A DNA stretch of 63,761 nt, filler included, from Pirum gemmata (lineage: Eukaryota), in NCBI GenBank assembly GCA_002812295.1. It is 19 parts of 19 records of this genome, joined end to end, with 100 filler letters (N's around TTAATTAATTAA, not from the genome) between each part and the next. Parts side by side here need not be neighbours in the genome. Positions count along the whole stretch, not along the records: positions 23,736 to 27,051 come from PDIN01002893.1; positions 27,152 to 30,474 come from PDIN01002894.1; positions 30,575 to 33,862 come from PDIN01002895.1; positions 33,963 to 37,261 come from PDIN01002896.1; positions 37,362 to 40,609 come from PDIN01002897.1; 14 more parts are not named here. One strand, written 5' to 3'. Positions 26,021-40,307 of this stretch are shown here, one piece after another; the first letter of the stretch is position 1, and each line of letters starts with the position of its first letter. Position numbers and translations under genes: made by a program. The notes beneath the pieces are model-generated. The model was not told where the DNA came from. It saw only the letters and a program-made list of their open reading frames with translations, and searched no databases.

Positions 26021-27151
26021 CCTTTTTTCGTATGGGCCTTTTTTCTTATGGGTACCTTGTGTACCTGGGTAGAATAATCGTATATCAAGCATACTTCTGT
26101 TTTAAAGCCTATTTTAAAATGAATCAAATCAATTATTCTGTGAATTTTTGATATATTTCAATTATAAATAAAAATCATCTTGACATTTACAAAAAATCAA
26201 CAAGTTGTTTAATATTATTTAGATTCTATAATATAATAATGTAGTAGATGTTAGGGGCTTTTAAAATTTGTACGCTAACCTTTCTTATACAATTAATAAA
26301 TCATCGTTTTATTTTTATCTTGGTAGATTGATTAACTTCTTGTATTGTGCACATGTGTTGTATTGAATTATGTGTCACATTTTAACAACTTTCAATTATT
26401 ACATTTAAACCATATGCATGCATGTAGTTTGTTAGTTCTAGTTTTGTTTTGAAATATTAATATTTTATATTATTTACATTGTCAATATTAATAAGTTTGT
26501 TTTAAAATATCAATATTTTATATTATTTACATTGTCAATATTAATATACTTATTATACTATAGATATTTTGAAACATCTTTAATTAAAATAGTTATTATA
26601 AATAAAAAATTAATAATAATATTGTTAATTAATTAACATTTATTATTATTATATAATTATTAATATCATGATTATAATTTATTGATTATTAGTTTAAAAT
26701 ATTCAATTTATCATCATCATAATATATTATATTATCATATAATAATATGTCATATTAATATTTATTATAAAATAGTATAAAATGTGGGTTGTATTTTTCT
26801 AAATACCCTAACTCTAACTCTAACCCCAACCCTAACCCTAACCCCAGCCCTAACCCCTAACCCTACCCCTACCCCTAACCCGTATTCTTATATATTCAAT
26901 TTATCATCATCATAATACATTATATTATCATATAATATGTCATATTTATTATAAAATGTGGATTGTATTTTTTCTAAAGACCCTAACTCTAACCCCAACC
27001 CCAACCCTAACAGTAACCTAACCCCAACCCCAACCCCTAACCCTACCCCTANNNNNNNNNNNNNNNNNNNNNNNNNNNNNNNNNNNNNNNNNNNNTTAAT
27101 TAATTAANNNNNNNNNNNNNNNNNNNNNNNNNNNNNNNNNNNNNNNNNNNN

Positions 27152-27171
27152 AGTAGAAGAAGAAGAAGAAG

Positions 27172-27209
<38 letters not shown>

Positions 27210-27241
27210 ATAGTAGTAGTAGTAGTAGTAGAAGTAGTATA

Positions 27242-27273
<32 letters not shown>

Positions 27274-27286
27274 GTAGTAGTAGCAA

Positions 27287-27322
<36 letters not shown>

Positions 27323-27538
27323 AAGTAGAAGTGGTAGTAGTGGTGGTAGTGGTAATAGTAGTAGTAGTAGTAGTAGAAGAAGAAGAAGTGGTAGTAGTGG
27401 TGGTAGTGGTAGTACTAGTGGTAGTGGTAATGGTAGTATATTAATAGTAGTATAGTATTATAGTAGTTGTAGAAGTGGTAGTGGTAGTAATGGGGGTAGT
27501 GGTAATGGGTGTGGTGGTAGTAGTGGTAGTAGTGGTGA

Positions 27539-27577
<39 letters not shown>

Positions 27578-27748
27578 CAGTAGTAGTAGTGGTGGTAGTA
27601 GTAGTAGAAGTGGTGGTGGTGGTGGTCTTAGTATTAGTAGTTGTTTTAATTAATGGTGGTGGTGGTAATGGTGGTGGTGACGGTAGCTATAGTAGTAGTA
27701 GTGGTGGTGATGGTATTGTTAGTAGTGGTAGAAGTGATGGTGGTAGTG
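27152..27748. repeat. (GTA/GTG)n low-complexity tract
   Basis: Trinucleotide repeats. A related tract lies at 28160-28500. Confidence 0.9.
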
Positions 27749-27912
27749 TATCATTTGACCCCAGTAGCCTCCCCCAGACACTTTTTTTATTATTAAATAT
27801 TATAACCAACCAAATAAATATTCGGAGTGAAAAAATAAAAGAAAAGCACAGTACTATTATTAGAATTAGTCTTTTTCCTTCCTAAACCCTGGCTGTTCAT
27901 CTGAGTCCCAGG

Positions 27913-28143
27913 CTCCCAATTCTACCTTGTTTAAAAAATCGAGTTTTCGAGCCTATGCATTAATTAAATAAGTTCGGAAATTTTAAGCTAACAGCTTTTT
28001 AAGTATTCAAGTATATTTATTTATTTTTATAAACCCGAAAAAATGGAAAAAATATTTTTCGAACGAGGCTGAATTTCGACTTTTTTTTTGTTTTTTGTTC
28101 GACAGCAGAGATTTGAGTTTTCGGGCACGAGCAGAATTGGGAG
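27913..28143 (+). mobile_element. MITE family C copy
   Basis: TIR CTCCCAATTCT / AGAATTGGGAG. Other copies at ~9708-9897, 59186-59339, 59657-59961 and 60097-60292. Confidence 0.85.
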
Positions 28144-28336
28144 AGGCTTTTGTATACACTACTGCTATCATACTACTATTATTATTATCACTACCACTAC
28201 CACTACTACCACTACACCCATTACCACTACCCCCATTACTACCACTGCCACTTCTACAACTACTACTATACTACTATACTACCACTAGTACTACCACTAG
28301 TACTACCACTACCACCACTACTACCACTTCTTCTTC

Positions 28337-28378
<42 letters not shown>

Positions 28379-29152
28379 AAGTGGTGGTAGTGGTGGTAGT
28401 GGTAGTACTAGTGATAATGGTAGTGGTAGTATAGTGGTATAGTAGTAGTTGTAGAAGTGGTAGTGGTAATGGGTGTAGTGGTAGTAGTGGTAGTGGGGTA
28501 ATTTATATATTATCGAAGACCATTTCGAAATAAAAAATTATATAAAGGGGTAGTTACCCACAAGACTTAGCCACAAGACTTGGTACTATTGATAATAACT
28601 GCTGTCTAAAAGCAGACAGCTGAGGCACTACGTTACTGTAATAGGGAACTGGGAATTTGGAAAAGCCAACTAAAAAAAGCCGAAATACCAAATTAAGTTT
28701 AACCAATAATAAACCTAGAATAAATCAAAAAAGGAAATCGTGGATGCTCAGACCAGCGAACTTCCAGAAATTTGCCTAAAGTTACTATAAATAGTATAAT
28801 AAACTCTTTTTAAAGTAACTACTTAAATAAGCAGTTACTAAATAAATAGTTACAAATACTAAATATGGTAAGACGAAACAGGCGAACAACATTTACTTTG
28901 TGCCTCGGTCAAAAAAGTTCGCCATAAGAGTTCTCACCCCTCCTATGCTGCTCATGCATCAAGATTGTCAGAACTTTGTCAGACCACTCTGAATATTTAT
29001 TTGGAGGGTTATAATCTTTAAATTGTCATTTTTAAATCAATACATAGATAATAAAATATACCAAATTGAACTAAATGGGTTTATATTTTATTTATTTGGT
29101 ACTATTTATTGTATACTTTATGATGATATACTTTATCTAGTATTATATACTT

Positions 29153-29306
29153 TAGGGAGCGTTCAATTCAAATAATACGTCACGTCAAGGGGTAGGAAGA
29201 TAGGCGGTATTTGACAGGAAATTAACGTCAAGGGGTAGGTAGGTAGGGGTATTTGAAGCTGTACTTGACCGGAAATTGGCGTTACGTAGTATTTGAATGC
29301 TCCCTA
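29153..29306 (+). mobile_element. MITE family F copy
   Basis: TIR TAGGGAGCGTTCAA / TTGAATGCTCCCTA, with an internal CGTCAAGGGGTAGG repeat. Copies at ~9155-9270 (-) and 54962-55178. Confidence 0.75.
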
Positions 29307-29989
29307 TAATAATATTATCATTATTATGATATGATAAAAAAAAAAGTTATATCGTACTTTTCAGTTGTTTTGACGTCATAAAATATACAATAAATAGTAC
29401 CAAATTAATACAATACAAATCCATTTTATTTAATTTGGTATATTTTATTATATATTTATTTATTTAAAAGTATCAATTAAAAAATTATAACCAACCAAAT
29501 AAATATGCAGAGTGACAAAATAAATGAAACGTATACTACTGTGCTAGTCTAATCTACCTGTCCTCTCAATCTTTAATTTGGTACTTTTTAAGTGTATAAT
29601 TGTACTTTTTTATAAAATACAACATTAAGTATAAAATACCAAATTAACTAAAACATGTCTAATAATAATAATTTGGTATGTTTATTTCAGTTTTGAACCC
29701 CAATCATTAGCACATGGACTAGCTAGTGAATGTCACCTCTCCGGAGACTTGGATATGAAATGATATAATAATATGTCATAGATCCTAACTATGGCGCAAA
29801 CAATTTTTAAAAACGACCAACTTTTTGGGTTTCGAATATATGTAATGTAATAGGTATTGAATTTTCGAATATATTTTTTAAAAAAAAAAGTGAGACTTTT
29901 TTTTAAAAAATTATCATAGTAAAAAAAAGTAGAACGTTTTTATATTGTTATTCAGTAATGACGTCATCATAGATACCACAGACCCTCCT

Positions 29990-30221
29990 AGTAGGGTGAG
30001 ATGACGTCATTTTATTATTACCGAACAGCTGCCGGAGCTTTTCCGATTTTTATGGTTTTTATTACTATTAATGTTAATATTATTACTTTAATTGGTATCT
30101 ACTAAATTAAATTTACTATTTTAAGCTATTGAACTGCTATTATTAGTAAGGAACACGGAACTAAGGTTGGCTCGATAAGCATCTGTTCGAAAAAAATTCC
30201 AGTAGATATCTCACCCCTCCT
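29990..30221 (+). mobile_element. MITE family A copy
   Basis: Same TIRs and body as the 930 and 46045 copies. Confidence 0.85.
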
Positions 30222-30574
30222 CACCTGGTGCAAAAAAACTAAAAACATCCTACTTTTTTTTACTTACTACCTTTTTTTTTTTATGTTTGAAAATCTCAAA
30301 TATATTAAATACCTATTACATTACTTATATTCGAAAACTGAAAATTTTAGTGAAACTCAAAAAAAGTTGGACGTGTTTAAATTGTTTGCTCCTGATACTC
30401 TGGAATAATAATATCATATTAATTACTATTTTAATTAACTAATAATTATTATAATAATAATAATAATAACAATANNNNNNNNNNNNNNNNNNNNNNNNNN
30501 NNNNNNNNNNNNNNNNNNTTAATTAATTAANNNNNNNNNNNNNNNNNNNNNNNNNNNNNNNNNNNNNNNNNNNN

Positions 30575-30606
<32 letters not shown>

Positions 30607-33280
30607 GCAGATATAAAAGTCATGCAACTCAATGCTGTGACTTTTATTTTTCTTAGGACTAAATGCAAAATAGGACGAATGTGTAATCAATTAGGTCTGT
30701 CCTAAAAGCAATAATATCTATAAATTTCTTGGAAAAAAATATAATTAGTGTCAATAGAATTGTTTTTTGGTATTATATATTTCTAATATTTATTTCTAAA
30801 TAAAAGCCATTAGCTAGACCAAGTTGCTAGCTAGACCTTCGATTTTTTTTTCTTTTTTTTTTTTCTTTCACTTCCAGGTCTAAAGTCGCAGTCTAAAGTC
30901 GATAAATAATCTCGAAAAGAAAATGGTAGCATCTACCCATTTACAATCGATAGTATAGTATCAGAGTTATTAGTCTTATCATACATAGTTTGCCACATTG
31001 TAACAATTAATTAAAAAATTGAAGTATATTTTGCTACAGATATTTGTGAAAATAATGGTAATAGTAATATATTATAGCAAGAGTTGAATAAGAGTAATGA
31101 CAATAGATATAGAAATAAATCAGTAATATTAATAGCAACAGTAATGGTAAATGGTAATAGTAAGTAGTAAAATGTAATCGTAATAGTTGAAGTAAAAGGA
31201 TTTAATAATAGAAATAGAAATAGAAATAGAAATAGAAATAGAAATAGAAATAGAAATAAAAATTGTATTGGTAATGGTAATGGTAATAATAATGGTAATA
31301 ATAATGGTAATGACAATAGTAATAATAACAGTAATGGCAATAGTGAAAGTGAAAGTGAAAGTAATAGTAATAGTAATATTAATTAATAATAATAGTAATA
31401 TTAATTAATATTAATGTAAGAGTAGTAATATTAATATTAATAGTAATAGTAATAGTAATAGTAATAATGATAATAATTAATAATAGCAATAGTGTAATAT
31501 TAGTGGTACAATAGTAATAAACAATAGTAAAATGATAAGTTAAGTGTAGTATCTACAGCAGCTAGCAGCAACCATTATCATATCGATATAGACCGTTTAT
31601 ATCAAATTTTATTTATAAATGAACTATAGCTATAAATATATCGATAGGAATCATATTTTAAAATACGTATAAATACTGTATAAATAATATTTATATATAT
31701 TAAAATACAAATAATATCAATAATATCAATATATCAGATAGGTCTATATTAGTGTATATAGTCAGCAGTTGGAGACCTCAGTTCATAATCTACCGTCTTA
31801 AAAGACTGCTTTAAAGGTTCAGTTTCTCTTTCTGCAGATGGTTAAGTCAAGGATTCAATGCGTGCTATTTCAATCAGTATTATTTTTTAACTAACTACTA
31901 GCTAGTTAGCTAGCTAGTCTAGCTAGTCTACTGTAGCTAGCTAGCTAGTAGCTACTGCTAGCTAGTAGCTGCTAGCTAACTACTTATAAATTAGTCTATT
32001 ATCTATTATTATACAATAATTACAACGCTATAATACTAGTAGGAACAAAGATGAAAACCCAATATTTCTACAACAATAGAACAATACAATTGCTTATCAT
32101 AGACCATGTATTATGGTATTATTATGAAAAGTACAACAAGCAAAAACCAAATGACAATCAAATCATTAACTTATACAAAAGTATTATGAAACAAATCAAC
32201 AAATTACAACTTTAATTTAACTACATAACTGTAACCTACTGCTCCTCCTTTGTATTTTTGCTCGTTTGTAATAATAATAATAAAAAACAATTAATATAGC
32301 GATATATTTTTACTATTCAAATTTATGATTTTTGTTGGTAGCTTCATTTATTAGTGCCAAGTGATATTTTTTCCTCGTTCACTACACGTTATAATTAGTT
32401 ACTTTTTATTGTATTAGGTTTATTTTTTTTAAAAAAATTAATTTTTTACTCTATAAAAGTATAATTACTTATATTAATATTATTATAATGATATCGATAT
32501 CATACATCTATAATATATATTATATTATTCTATTTAATTGAAATTTAAAGTTCTTGATTATAAATGGCCCGGTTTTCCTTTCTCGAGTTTTTAATGTTCA
32601 CAATAATCCGATTGACAGCTGATAGCAATACAAATTACAGATACAAATAGTTTAGAATTTTAAAGTACATAATTTTCTTTTTTTTAAAAAAAAAGGGAAT
32701 ATTTTATGAAACTTGTAATATAGAGCTCTTTTAATTAATATATAGTACCATATAGTTATATGGTATTTGTATTATGCATAATGAAAATTCACAGGAATAT
32801 GCATATGACATACATACATGGGAAATGATATATAGACACTTTATTCGACAGTGCCAGTATTCGCACAATTGTCGAATAAAGTGTTTATATAATAATTGGT
32901 GGTATTGTTGTTCTTATTTTTGTTCTTGTTAGATGGTGATTATGAAGATGGTTAACGATAAAAATATTAATAAAGATAAAGATATTTATGTATAAGGATG
33001 AGGATAAGGATAATAATAATAATAAATAATAAATAATATGATAATGATAATAATATTGATATTGATAGCAACAATGCAATGCTAATGCTAATGCTAATGC
33101 TAATGCTAATGCTATGATAATGATAATGATAATGAGTTCTCTTTATGTATGCAAACAATGATATTTATAAGTGTGATCTCTTTATAAATGGTAGTTCGAG
33201 TATCATAGTGTTAAAATTATAACTGTTAGACCGATGATTTCGTGCGGATTTTGCAATTTTATCTATTACAATTTTTTTTT

Positions 33281-33540
33281 TAACTATCAAGCCATATAAA
33301 AATGGCGACATCCGCCATATGAGCTCAAAAATCCAAAAATCTCAAAACAATCCAATTTTAATTAAAAAGTATTACATCAGAACATTTCATAAATAATATA
33401 ACTAAAAACTCTATTATGAACCAATGACCAGTTTTTTTAAAAATAATTTGGTTAGTTAGTATTAAAGATTTTTAGAAAAGAAGTCTAAAAAAAAAAAGAT
33501 TTCTACAATTTTATAACTAATTTTATCCGGCTTGACTGTA
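33281..33540 (+). mobile_element. MITE family E (Tc1/pogo-like TA-CAGTC end)
   Basis: Right end TTTTATCCGGCTTGACTGTA, with a degenerate left TIR. Copies at ~12889-13083 and 10181-10390 (-), and a fragment at ~600-770. Confidence 0.75.
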
Positions 33541-34004
33541 AAAAAAAAAAAAAAAAAAAGTTAGTCTCCTGTAGGCTGTATGCTGCCAAGCAGGTGTGTT
33601 TACAAGTAGCTCAAGCTAGCTAGCTAGCTAGCTAGACTAGGCAGCTCAAGGCAGTTCAAGTGGGCAGCTAGCTAGTCTAGCTAGCTAGCTATCGATAGTA
33701 GCTAGCTAGGTCTAGCTACTACAGTTGTCTCTACTAGTAGGCTGGCTCTACTAGCTAGCTAGTATGATAGTAGTCTAGAATAGTAGTAGTGGTCTCTCTC
33801 TACCAGCTAGCTAGGATGATTTGCTGAAAATTTGTAAAAAAAAAAAAAAAGGCTGCCATTGGNNNNNNNNNNNNNNNNNNNNNNNNNNNNNNNNNNNNNN
33901 NNNNNNTTAATTAATTAANNNNNNNNNNNNNNNNNNNNNNNNNNNNNNNNNNNNNNNNNNNNATAATAATAATAATAAATTTATTAATAACAATTATATA
34001 ACAG

Positions 34005-34330
34005 GGGATAGAACACGTATAGCCGAATCCATAACACCTACTATAAGTTACCGAATGGGAACCGAAAAAATTGGGTTCTTAACCATGGTCGTAGCCCATC
34101 ATCATGATATAATGGACGATGAAAATTCAGATTACAATAAGGTGATTGACGGTGATGATATACATATAGTTCTTAATAAATTACCTTCGCGTTATCATTC
34201 TTTGTTTATGTATTTAAGTTTTCTTTTTGTTGGTGTTTGTAGTTATGTTTTACCTGCTAATTGTTGTAAAAGAGGAAAAGATGGTGATAGTTACCATCGT
34301 TTAAGGCGTAGTGCTAGTCGTGGTTGGTGA
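34005..34330 (+). CDS. Probable terminal exon of a protein with a C-terminal TM segment
   Basis: AACAG acceptor, open frame DRTRIAES...SLFMYLSFLFVGVCSYVLP.CCKRGK...RGW*, then an A-rich 3' region. Confidence 0.65.
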
Positions 34331-34909
34331 AACCAAAATTAAAAAAAAAAACAAAAAACAAAAACAAAAAAATAGAACATGCATTTAAAAATAGTTAAAG
34401 CATAAAACAAATGAAAATAGAATAATTAATATTAGTATCAATATTAGTATTGATATTAGTTTGTTAGTAGCAGTAGTAATGGTAGTAGTAGTAGTAGTAG
34501 TAGTATTTGGAATTGGTATTAGTATTGGTATTAGTATTGGTATTAGTATTAGTGTTGGTATTGGTCTTAGTAAAGTGAATATAAATGTTTTTATGCAGTA
34601 ATTTACCCGCGCATTGTGAAAGACTAAATCAAAGCTCAGAGTTATTGACAACTCTACAATACAGGAGAAAACATTGACGCCCTACGATTATTTTTCAAAC
34701 ACTTTCACACTGATATAACAGCTCAACAACAGCTTCAACATACTTTATTCGTGTATAACAGCGTTCTTGTTGTTGTTGTTGGTGTATGTTGTTGTATGTT
34801 AATAATTTTGCATTTTTTATTCAGTAACATATTTTTACACTGGCCAAAGATCATTTTTTCAAACACTGTCAGACAGATATAACAGCTCAACCACAATTAC
34901 AACATACTT

Positions 34910-36270
34910 AACCAAACCGATTAAAACATAAATGTTATACAACTCAAGAGTGAATACGGATTAATATATTGATATTATTATTAAGAGTATTAGTATCAAT
35001 ATCAGTATTAGTGTTGATGTTGGTGTTGGTGTTATTATTGGGTATTAGTATTAATACTAGTATTAGTGTTTATTGTCAGTACTAGGTTGGTGTGTGCCCA
35101 ATACAAACGTTTACGAAGGAAGTGTTTTTGATAGCCAAACCATACAATCATATTACCGATTAAAATGTAAATAGTATACATCTCAAGAGTGAGTATGGAT
35201 TAATATATTGATATTATTATTAGTAGTATTAGTATCAATATCAGTATTAGTATTAGTGTTGGTGTTGGTGTTGGTGTTATTATTGGGTATTAGTATTAGT
35301 GCTAGTAGCAGTGTTTATTGTCAGTACTAGGTTGGTGTGCCCAATACCAACGTTTACGTAGGAGTATTTTTGATAGCCAAACCAAACAATCATATTACCG
35401 ATTAAAACACAAATGTTATGCAACTCAAGAGTGAATATGGATTAATATATTGATATTATTATTAGGAGTATTAGTATCAATATCAGTATTAGTGTTGATG
35501 TTGGTGTTGGTGTTATTATAGGTTATTAGTATTAGTGCTAGTATTAGTGTTTATTGTCAGTACTAGGTTGGTGTGTGCCCAATACCAACGTTTACGAAGG
35601 AAGTGTTTTTGATAACCAAACTAAACAATCATATTACCGATTAAAATATAAATAGTATACAACTCAAGATTAATATATTGATATTATTATTAGTGGTATT
35701 AGTATCAATATCAGAATTTGTATCAATATCAGTATTAGTATTTGTGTTGATGTTGGTGTTGGTGTTATTATTGGGTATTAGTGTTAGTGCTAGTATTAAT
35801 GTTTATTGTTAGTACTAGGTTGGTGTGTGCCCAATACCAACGTTTACGAAGAAAATGCTTTTTGACAGCCAAACCAAACAATCATATTACCGATTAAAAC
35901 ATAAATGTTATACAACTCAAGAGGGAGTATGGATTAATATATTGATGTTATTATTAGTAGTATTAGTAACCAATAACAGTATTAGTGTTGGTGTTGGTGT
36001 TGGTGTTATTATTGAGTATTAGTATTAGTGCTAGTATTAGTGTTTATTGTCAGTACTAGGTTGGTGTGTGCTCAATACTAACGTTTACGAAGGAATTGTT
36101 TTTGATAGCCAAACCAAACAATCATATTACCAATTAAAACTTTAATGTTATACAAGAGTGAGCATGGAATAATATATTGATATTATTAGTAATAGTATTA
36201 GTATCAATATCGGTATGAGTGTTGGTGTTGGTGTTGGTGTTAGTATTGAATGTTAGTATTGGGTATTAGT
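34910..36270 (+). repeat. ~240-bp tandem repeat, five full units plus a partial, each with a decayed exon-like segment
   Basis: The anchor AGTACTAGGTTGGTGTG recurs at ~35078, 35323, 35559, 35811 and 36052. Confidence 0.9.
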
Positions 36271-37361
36271 AAAACAGGGTAAGTATTAGTGTGAATTGTA
36301 CTGTTAGTATTAGTTAGTGTTAGTATTAGTACATAATATTAAATAATAGTTAAAAGAATTTAGTAATTCTTTTCTTGTTTTATTTTTATTACTGTCTCGG
36401 TATTGGTATTAGTATTAGTGCTAGTATTAGTATTGGTATTAATATATATATATTGGTATTAGTATATATATATAGCAAAAAAGTGGAAAATAACCACTTT
36501 TTTGCTATATATATATATATATTGGTATTAGCAACAGGGTTGGTAGTAGACAACGTATTAGTATTAGTGTAAGTATTAGTATTTAGTATTCGTATTTAGT
36601 ATTAATATATATAATATAGTTGAAAGAATGAATTTAGTTAATTCTTTTCTTGTTTTCTTTTTATTACTGTCTCGGTATTGGTATTAGTATTAGTACTAGT
36701 ACTAGTATTAGTATTGGCATTAGCAACAGGGTTAGTAGTAGACAAAGTATTAGTATTAGTATTAGTATTAGTATTAGTATTAGTATTAGTATTAGTAGTA
36801 TTAGTATCAGTATTAGTATTAGTATTAGTAGTAGACAAAATATTAGTATTGGTATTAGTATTAGTATTAGTATTAGTATTAGTATTAGTATTAGTATTAG
36901 TATTAGTAAAGTATTAGTATTAGTATTAGGGTTAGTATTAGTATTAGTATATATAATTTAGTTTTAAAAAGGAATTTAGTTACTAGTCTCACTTAAAGTT
37001 GGGTTGGGTGATCAGATTTTCAAACAAGTGTTTGTTTGTAAACAAGTAGACTAAAGACTAACATTTAAGTAAATCTACAACTAGCGTACTCTAGACTACC
37101 TATATATAGTATCTGATATATATTATACATATCATATATATCATAATATTATTATGCTTTATTATGATATTTGCCACTTTTGATTATTTATTCGGTAGTG
37201 GTTATTTTTTTTAAAAATTAAAAAATAAAATTTAATAATAAGTAGAATAATATTAATAATANNNNNNNNNNNNNNNNNNNNNNNNNNNNNNNNNNNNNNN
37301 NNNNNTTAATTAATTAANNNNNNNNNNNNNNNNNNNNNNNNNNNNNNNNNNNNNNNNNNNN

Positions 37362-37398
<37 letters not shown>

Positions 37399-37671
37399 GT
37401 ATTACTTTTAGTTTTTCGAACACAATTAATCGAATTTCAAACACAAGCAACTAATCAATAAGAAATCAAACTTTTGAACATGAGTATATTACTTATAAAG
37501 CTTGATTGAATTTTTCAACATAATTAATCAATCGAAATTTCGAACATCGACAAACAAAAAGGTAATTTCAGACCCTAACCCTAACCCTAACCCTAACCCT
37601 AACCTATAATATTAGATAAAAAATTAATTGCAATTCTTTCGTATTAATATTACCCTTTAATTAAGCTCACA

Positions 37672-38800
37672 ACTGGTCGAATTAGACTATCATAATATAG
37701 TCTATTTCATTACAGTCTCGATTTTCAATCTGGCACTGTTTAATTTAAAAATCTAAAATTGAACTTTTTTATAAAATACAAATTAATTGTAAAATATCAA
37801 ATAAATTAAAACATGTTTAGCTATAGTTTTTCTATAGCTATAATAATATAGTATTACTTTTATTACTAGTGATCGAATTAGACTATCATAATATCGTCTA
37901 TTTTATAACAGAAATCCTCTCGATTTTCAATCTGGTACTGTTTAAATCTGAAATAATTGAACTTTTTTATAAAATACAACATTAATTGTAAAATATCAAA
38001 TAAACTAAAACATGTTTAGCTATAGTATTTCTATAGCTACAATAATATAATATTACTTTTATTGCTAGTGATCGAATTAGACTTATCATAATATCAAATA
38101 AACTAAAACATGTATTAATATACATGTTTAGCTATAGTTTTTCTATAGCTATTAATATAATAATATAGTTCTACTTTTATTACTAGTCGAATTAGACTTA
38201 TCATAATATCAAATAAACTAAAACATGTATTAATATACATGTTTAGCTATAGTTTTTCTATAGCTATTAATATAATAATATAGTTCTACTTTTATTATTA
38301 GTCGAATTAGACTTATCATAATATCAAATAAACTAAAACATGTATTAATATACATGTTTAGCTATAGTTTTTCTATAGCTATTAATATAATAATATAGTT
38401 CTACNTAGTGATCGAATTAGACTATCATAATATCGTCTATTTTATAACAGAAATCCTCTCGATTTTCAATCTGGTACTGTTTAAATCTAAAATTGAACTT
38501 TTTTATAAAATACAATATTAATTGTAAAATATCAAATAAACTAAAACATATATGCATGTTTAGTTATAGTTTTTCTATAGCTATAATAATATAGTATTAC
38601 TTTTATTACTAGTGGTCGAATTAGACTATCATATATATAATATTTTATATTTTATTATAGCAATCCTCTCGATTTCAATTGAACTTTTTTATATAATAAA
38701 ACCATTAATTGCAAAATATTTAAATTAACTAAAACATGCATAATATGTCTAGCTATATGTAGTTTTTCTATAATAATATAGTAATAGTTTTATTACTAGT
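37672..38800 (+). repeat. Tandem array (~120-190 bp units) derived from interspersed family H
   Basis: Units start TCGAATTAGACT(T)ATCATAATAT. Related monomers at ~6900-7210, 29555-29700, 54775-54950 and 59430-59575 (-). Confidence 0.85.
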
Positions 38801-39469
38801 ACTATATAGCTACTAGAGATTATGATCGTAGCTAATTATAAACTATAAAAATATGAAAGATAATAATAATATATTAATTATTAATTAAAACAACCCAATA
38901 ATGACATCGATATATCATTAAATAGCATTATAATATTAACTTGCAGTTGCAATTGGTACAAATTATTATATAATCTGGTATTTTTAATATTACTATTAAT
39001 ACTTTAGATTAATTTTGAACAATATAATTTATATAATATTAATTATATGCTTTTTAATTAAATTAACAATTTGGCAAGTTTTTTTTGCAATTCTGGTAAC
39101 TTTTTATTAAATGATCTCTTAATTAAAAGCTTATCATATAATACATAGTTATTTAATTTGTTTCATTATTCTTATAATTAGAGAATATTCACAATAATGA
39201 ACATACATTTAGGACTAGAAATAATATTAATTAATATTAATTAATATTATAATTAATATATATAATTATCGTGCACGTGGATGTAACTGTTGGTTGGTTG
39301 GAAAATGATAATTAAAACCCATACATTAATAATAACACATTTGATAGTTCTTCTGATTAATTAAAGTTTTAGTTTGGGTCTTGTTGTTTTTGATATTGTT
39401 GATGTTGTGATATTAATAGTTGTTGGTATTGTGGGTGTTGGCATTGTGGTTTTTTGTTATGTCTTTTTA

Positions 39470-40201
39470 CTATTTGCCCAAAGCTGTATTGTATGCAGGA
39501 GGTAGAGAGTCTTGTTGTTTTTGATCATGATATTGTTGCTGTTGTGGTGGTTGTTGATATTGATATTGTGGTTGTTGATATTGTGGTTGTTGATACTGTG
39601 GTTGTTGATATTGTGGTTGTTGTGCATAGTGTGGTTGTTGTGTATATTGTAACGAGTATTGTGATTGTAATTGTTGCTTTTTACTAACAATTCTAAGCTG
39701 AGGAAAGTAAGAATTAACATTTCTTATAGTTCTTCTAGGACCCGGTCTGGTGAAAGTTTTAGCTTCTCTTTTGAATATAACCTCCACACCTTTTTCAGCC
39801 AATTTATGCTTTGCTTTAAATTCATTAACAAACTTATCTGCTACATTATAAAAATCAACTTCCTTTTTATCTCGTTTAACAAGATAATTACATTCTGTAC
39901 CTGCGATACAATGATATATATGATATGGTATTAAAAACAACCCACAGGTACAATACAAAGATGCCATAAGTATATTCCCTTCTTTGTTATATTTTTTAAA
40001 TTTTTTGGACAATGGTTGATGGGCTTCTTCGATGCCAGTAATAAGTTCTTCGAATTGTTGTTTCGTTAGTACACCCTCAAATCGAAGGTCATAATCACTT
40101 CGGTCGAAGGTTAAACCCCTTGACTTAAACCTAATGTATTGATCTAAGTTTTCTGGATTAATAAGGATTTCGTTAATAAATGATCCGTTATTTTGTTGCA
40201 T
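39470..40201 (-). CDS. Intronless ERF4/Golgin-A7/CHIC-like protein with YQQPQ repeats and a PPxY tail
   Basis: 243-aa ORF. FEGVLTKQQFEELITGIE...LYCTCGLFLIP resembles this family by eye, and the C-terminus ends LPPAY. The family call is tentative. Confidence 0.75.
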   Translation of the reverse strand: MQQNNGSFINEILINPENLDQYIRFKSRGLTFDRSDYDLRFEGVLTKQQFEELITGIEEAHQPLSKKFKKYNKEGNILMASLYCTCGLFLIPYHIYHCIAGTECNYLVKRDKKEVDFYNVADKFVNEFKAKHKLAEKGVEVIFKREAKTFTRPGPRRTIRNVNSYFPQLRIVSKKQQLQSQYSLQYTQQPHYAQQPQYQQPQYQQPQYQQPQYQYQQPPQQQQYHDQKQQDSLPPAYNTALGK

Positions 40202-40272
40202 GTTGTATTTATTTATTTTTTAATTGTGTTGTAATTAATCTATCAATTTATTTATCTATTTATTACAATTAG

Positions 40273-40306
<34 letters not shown>

Positions 40307-40307
40307 G

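Noticed and set aside
28510..28985. GC-richer segment as a gene
   Set aside because: The frames read are broken by stops, with no recognisable motif. Probably decayed TE sequence.
31755..31880. GC-richer island as a C/D snoRNA or exon
   Set aside because: Box C is imperfect, there is no terminal stem, and the frames I read contain stops.
34910..38800. Tandem arrays as CRISPR
   Set aside because: No unique spacers, no cas genes, eukaryotic context.
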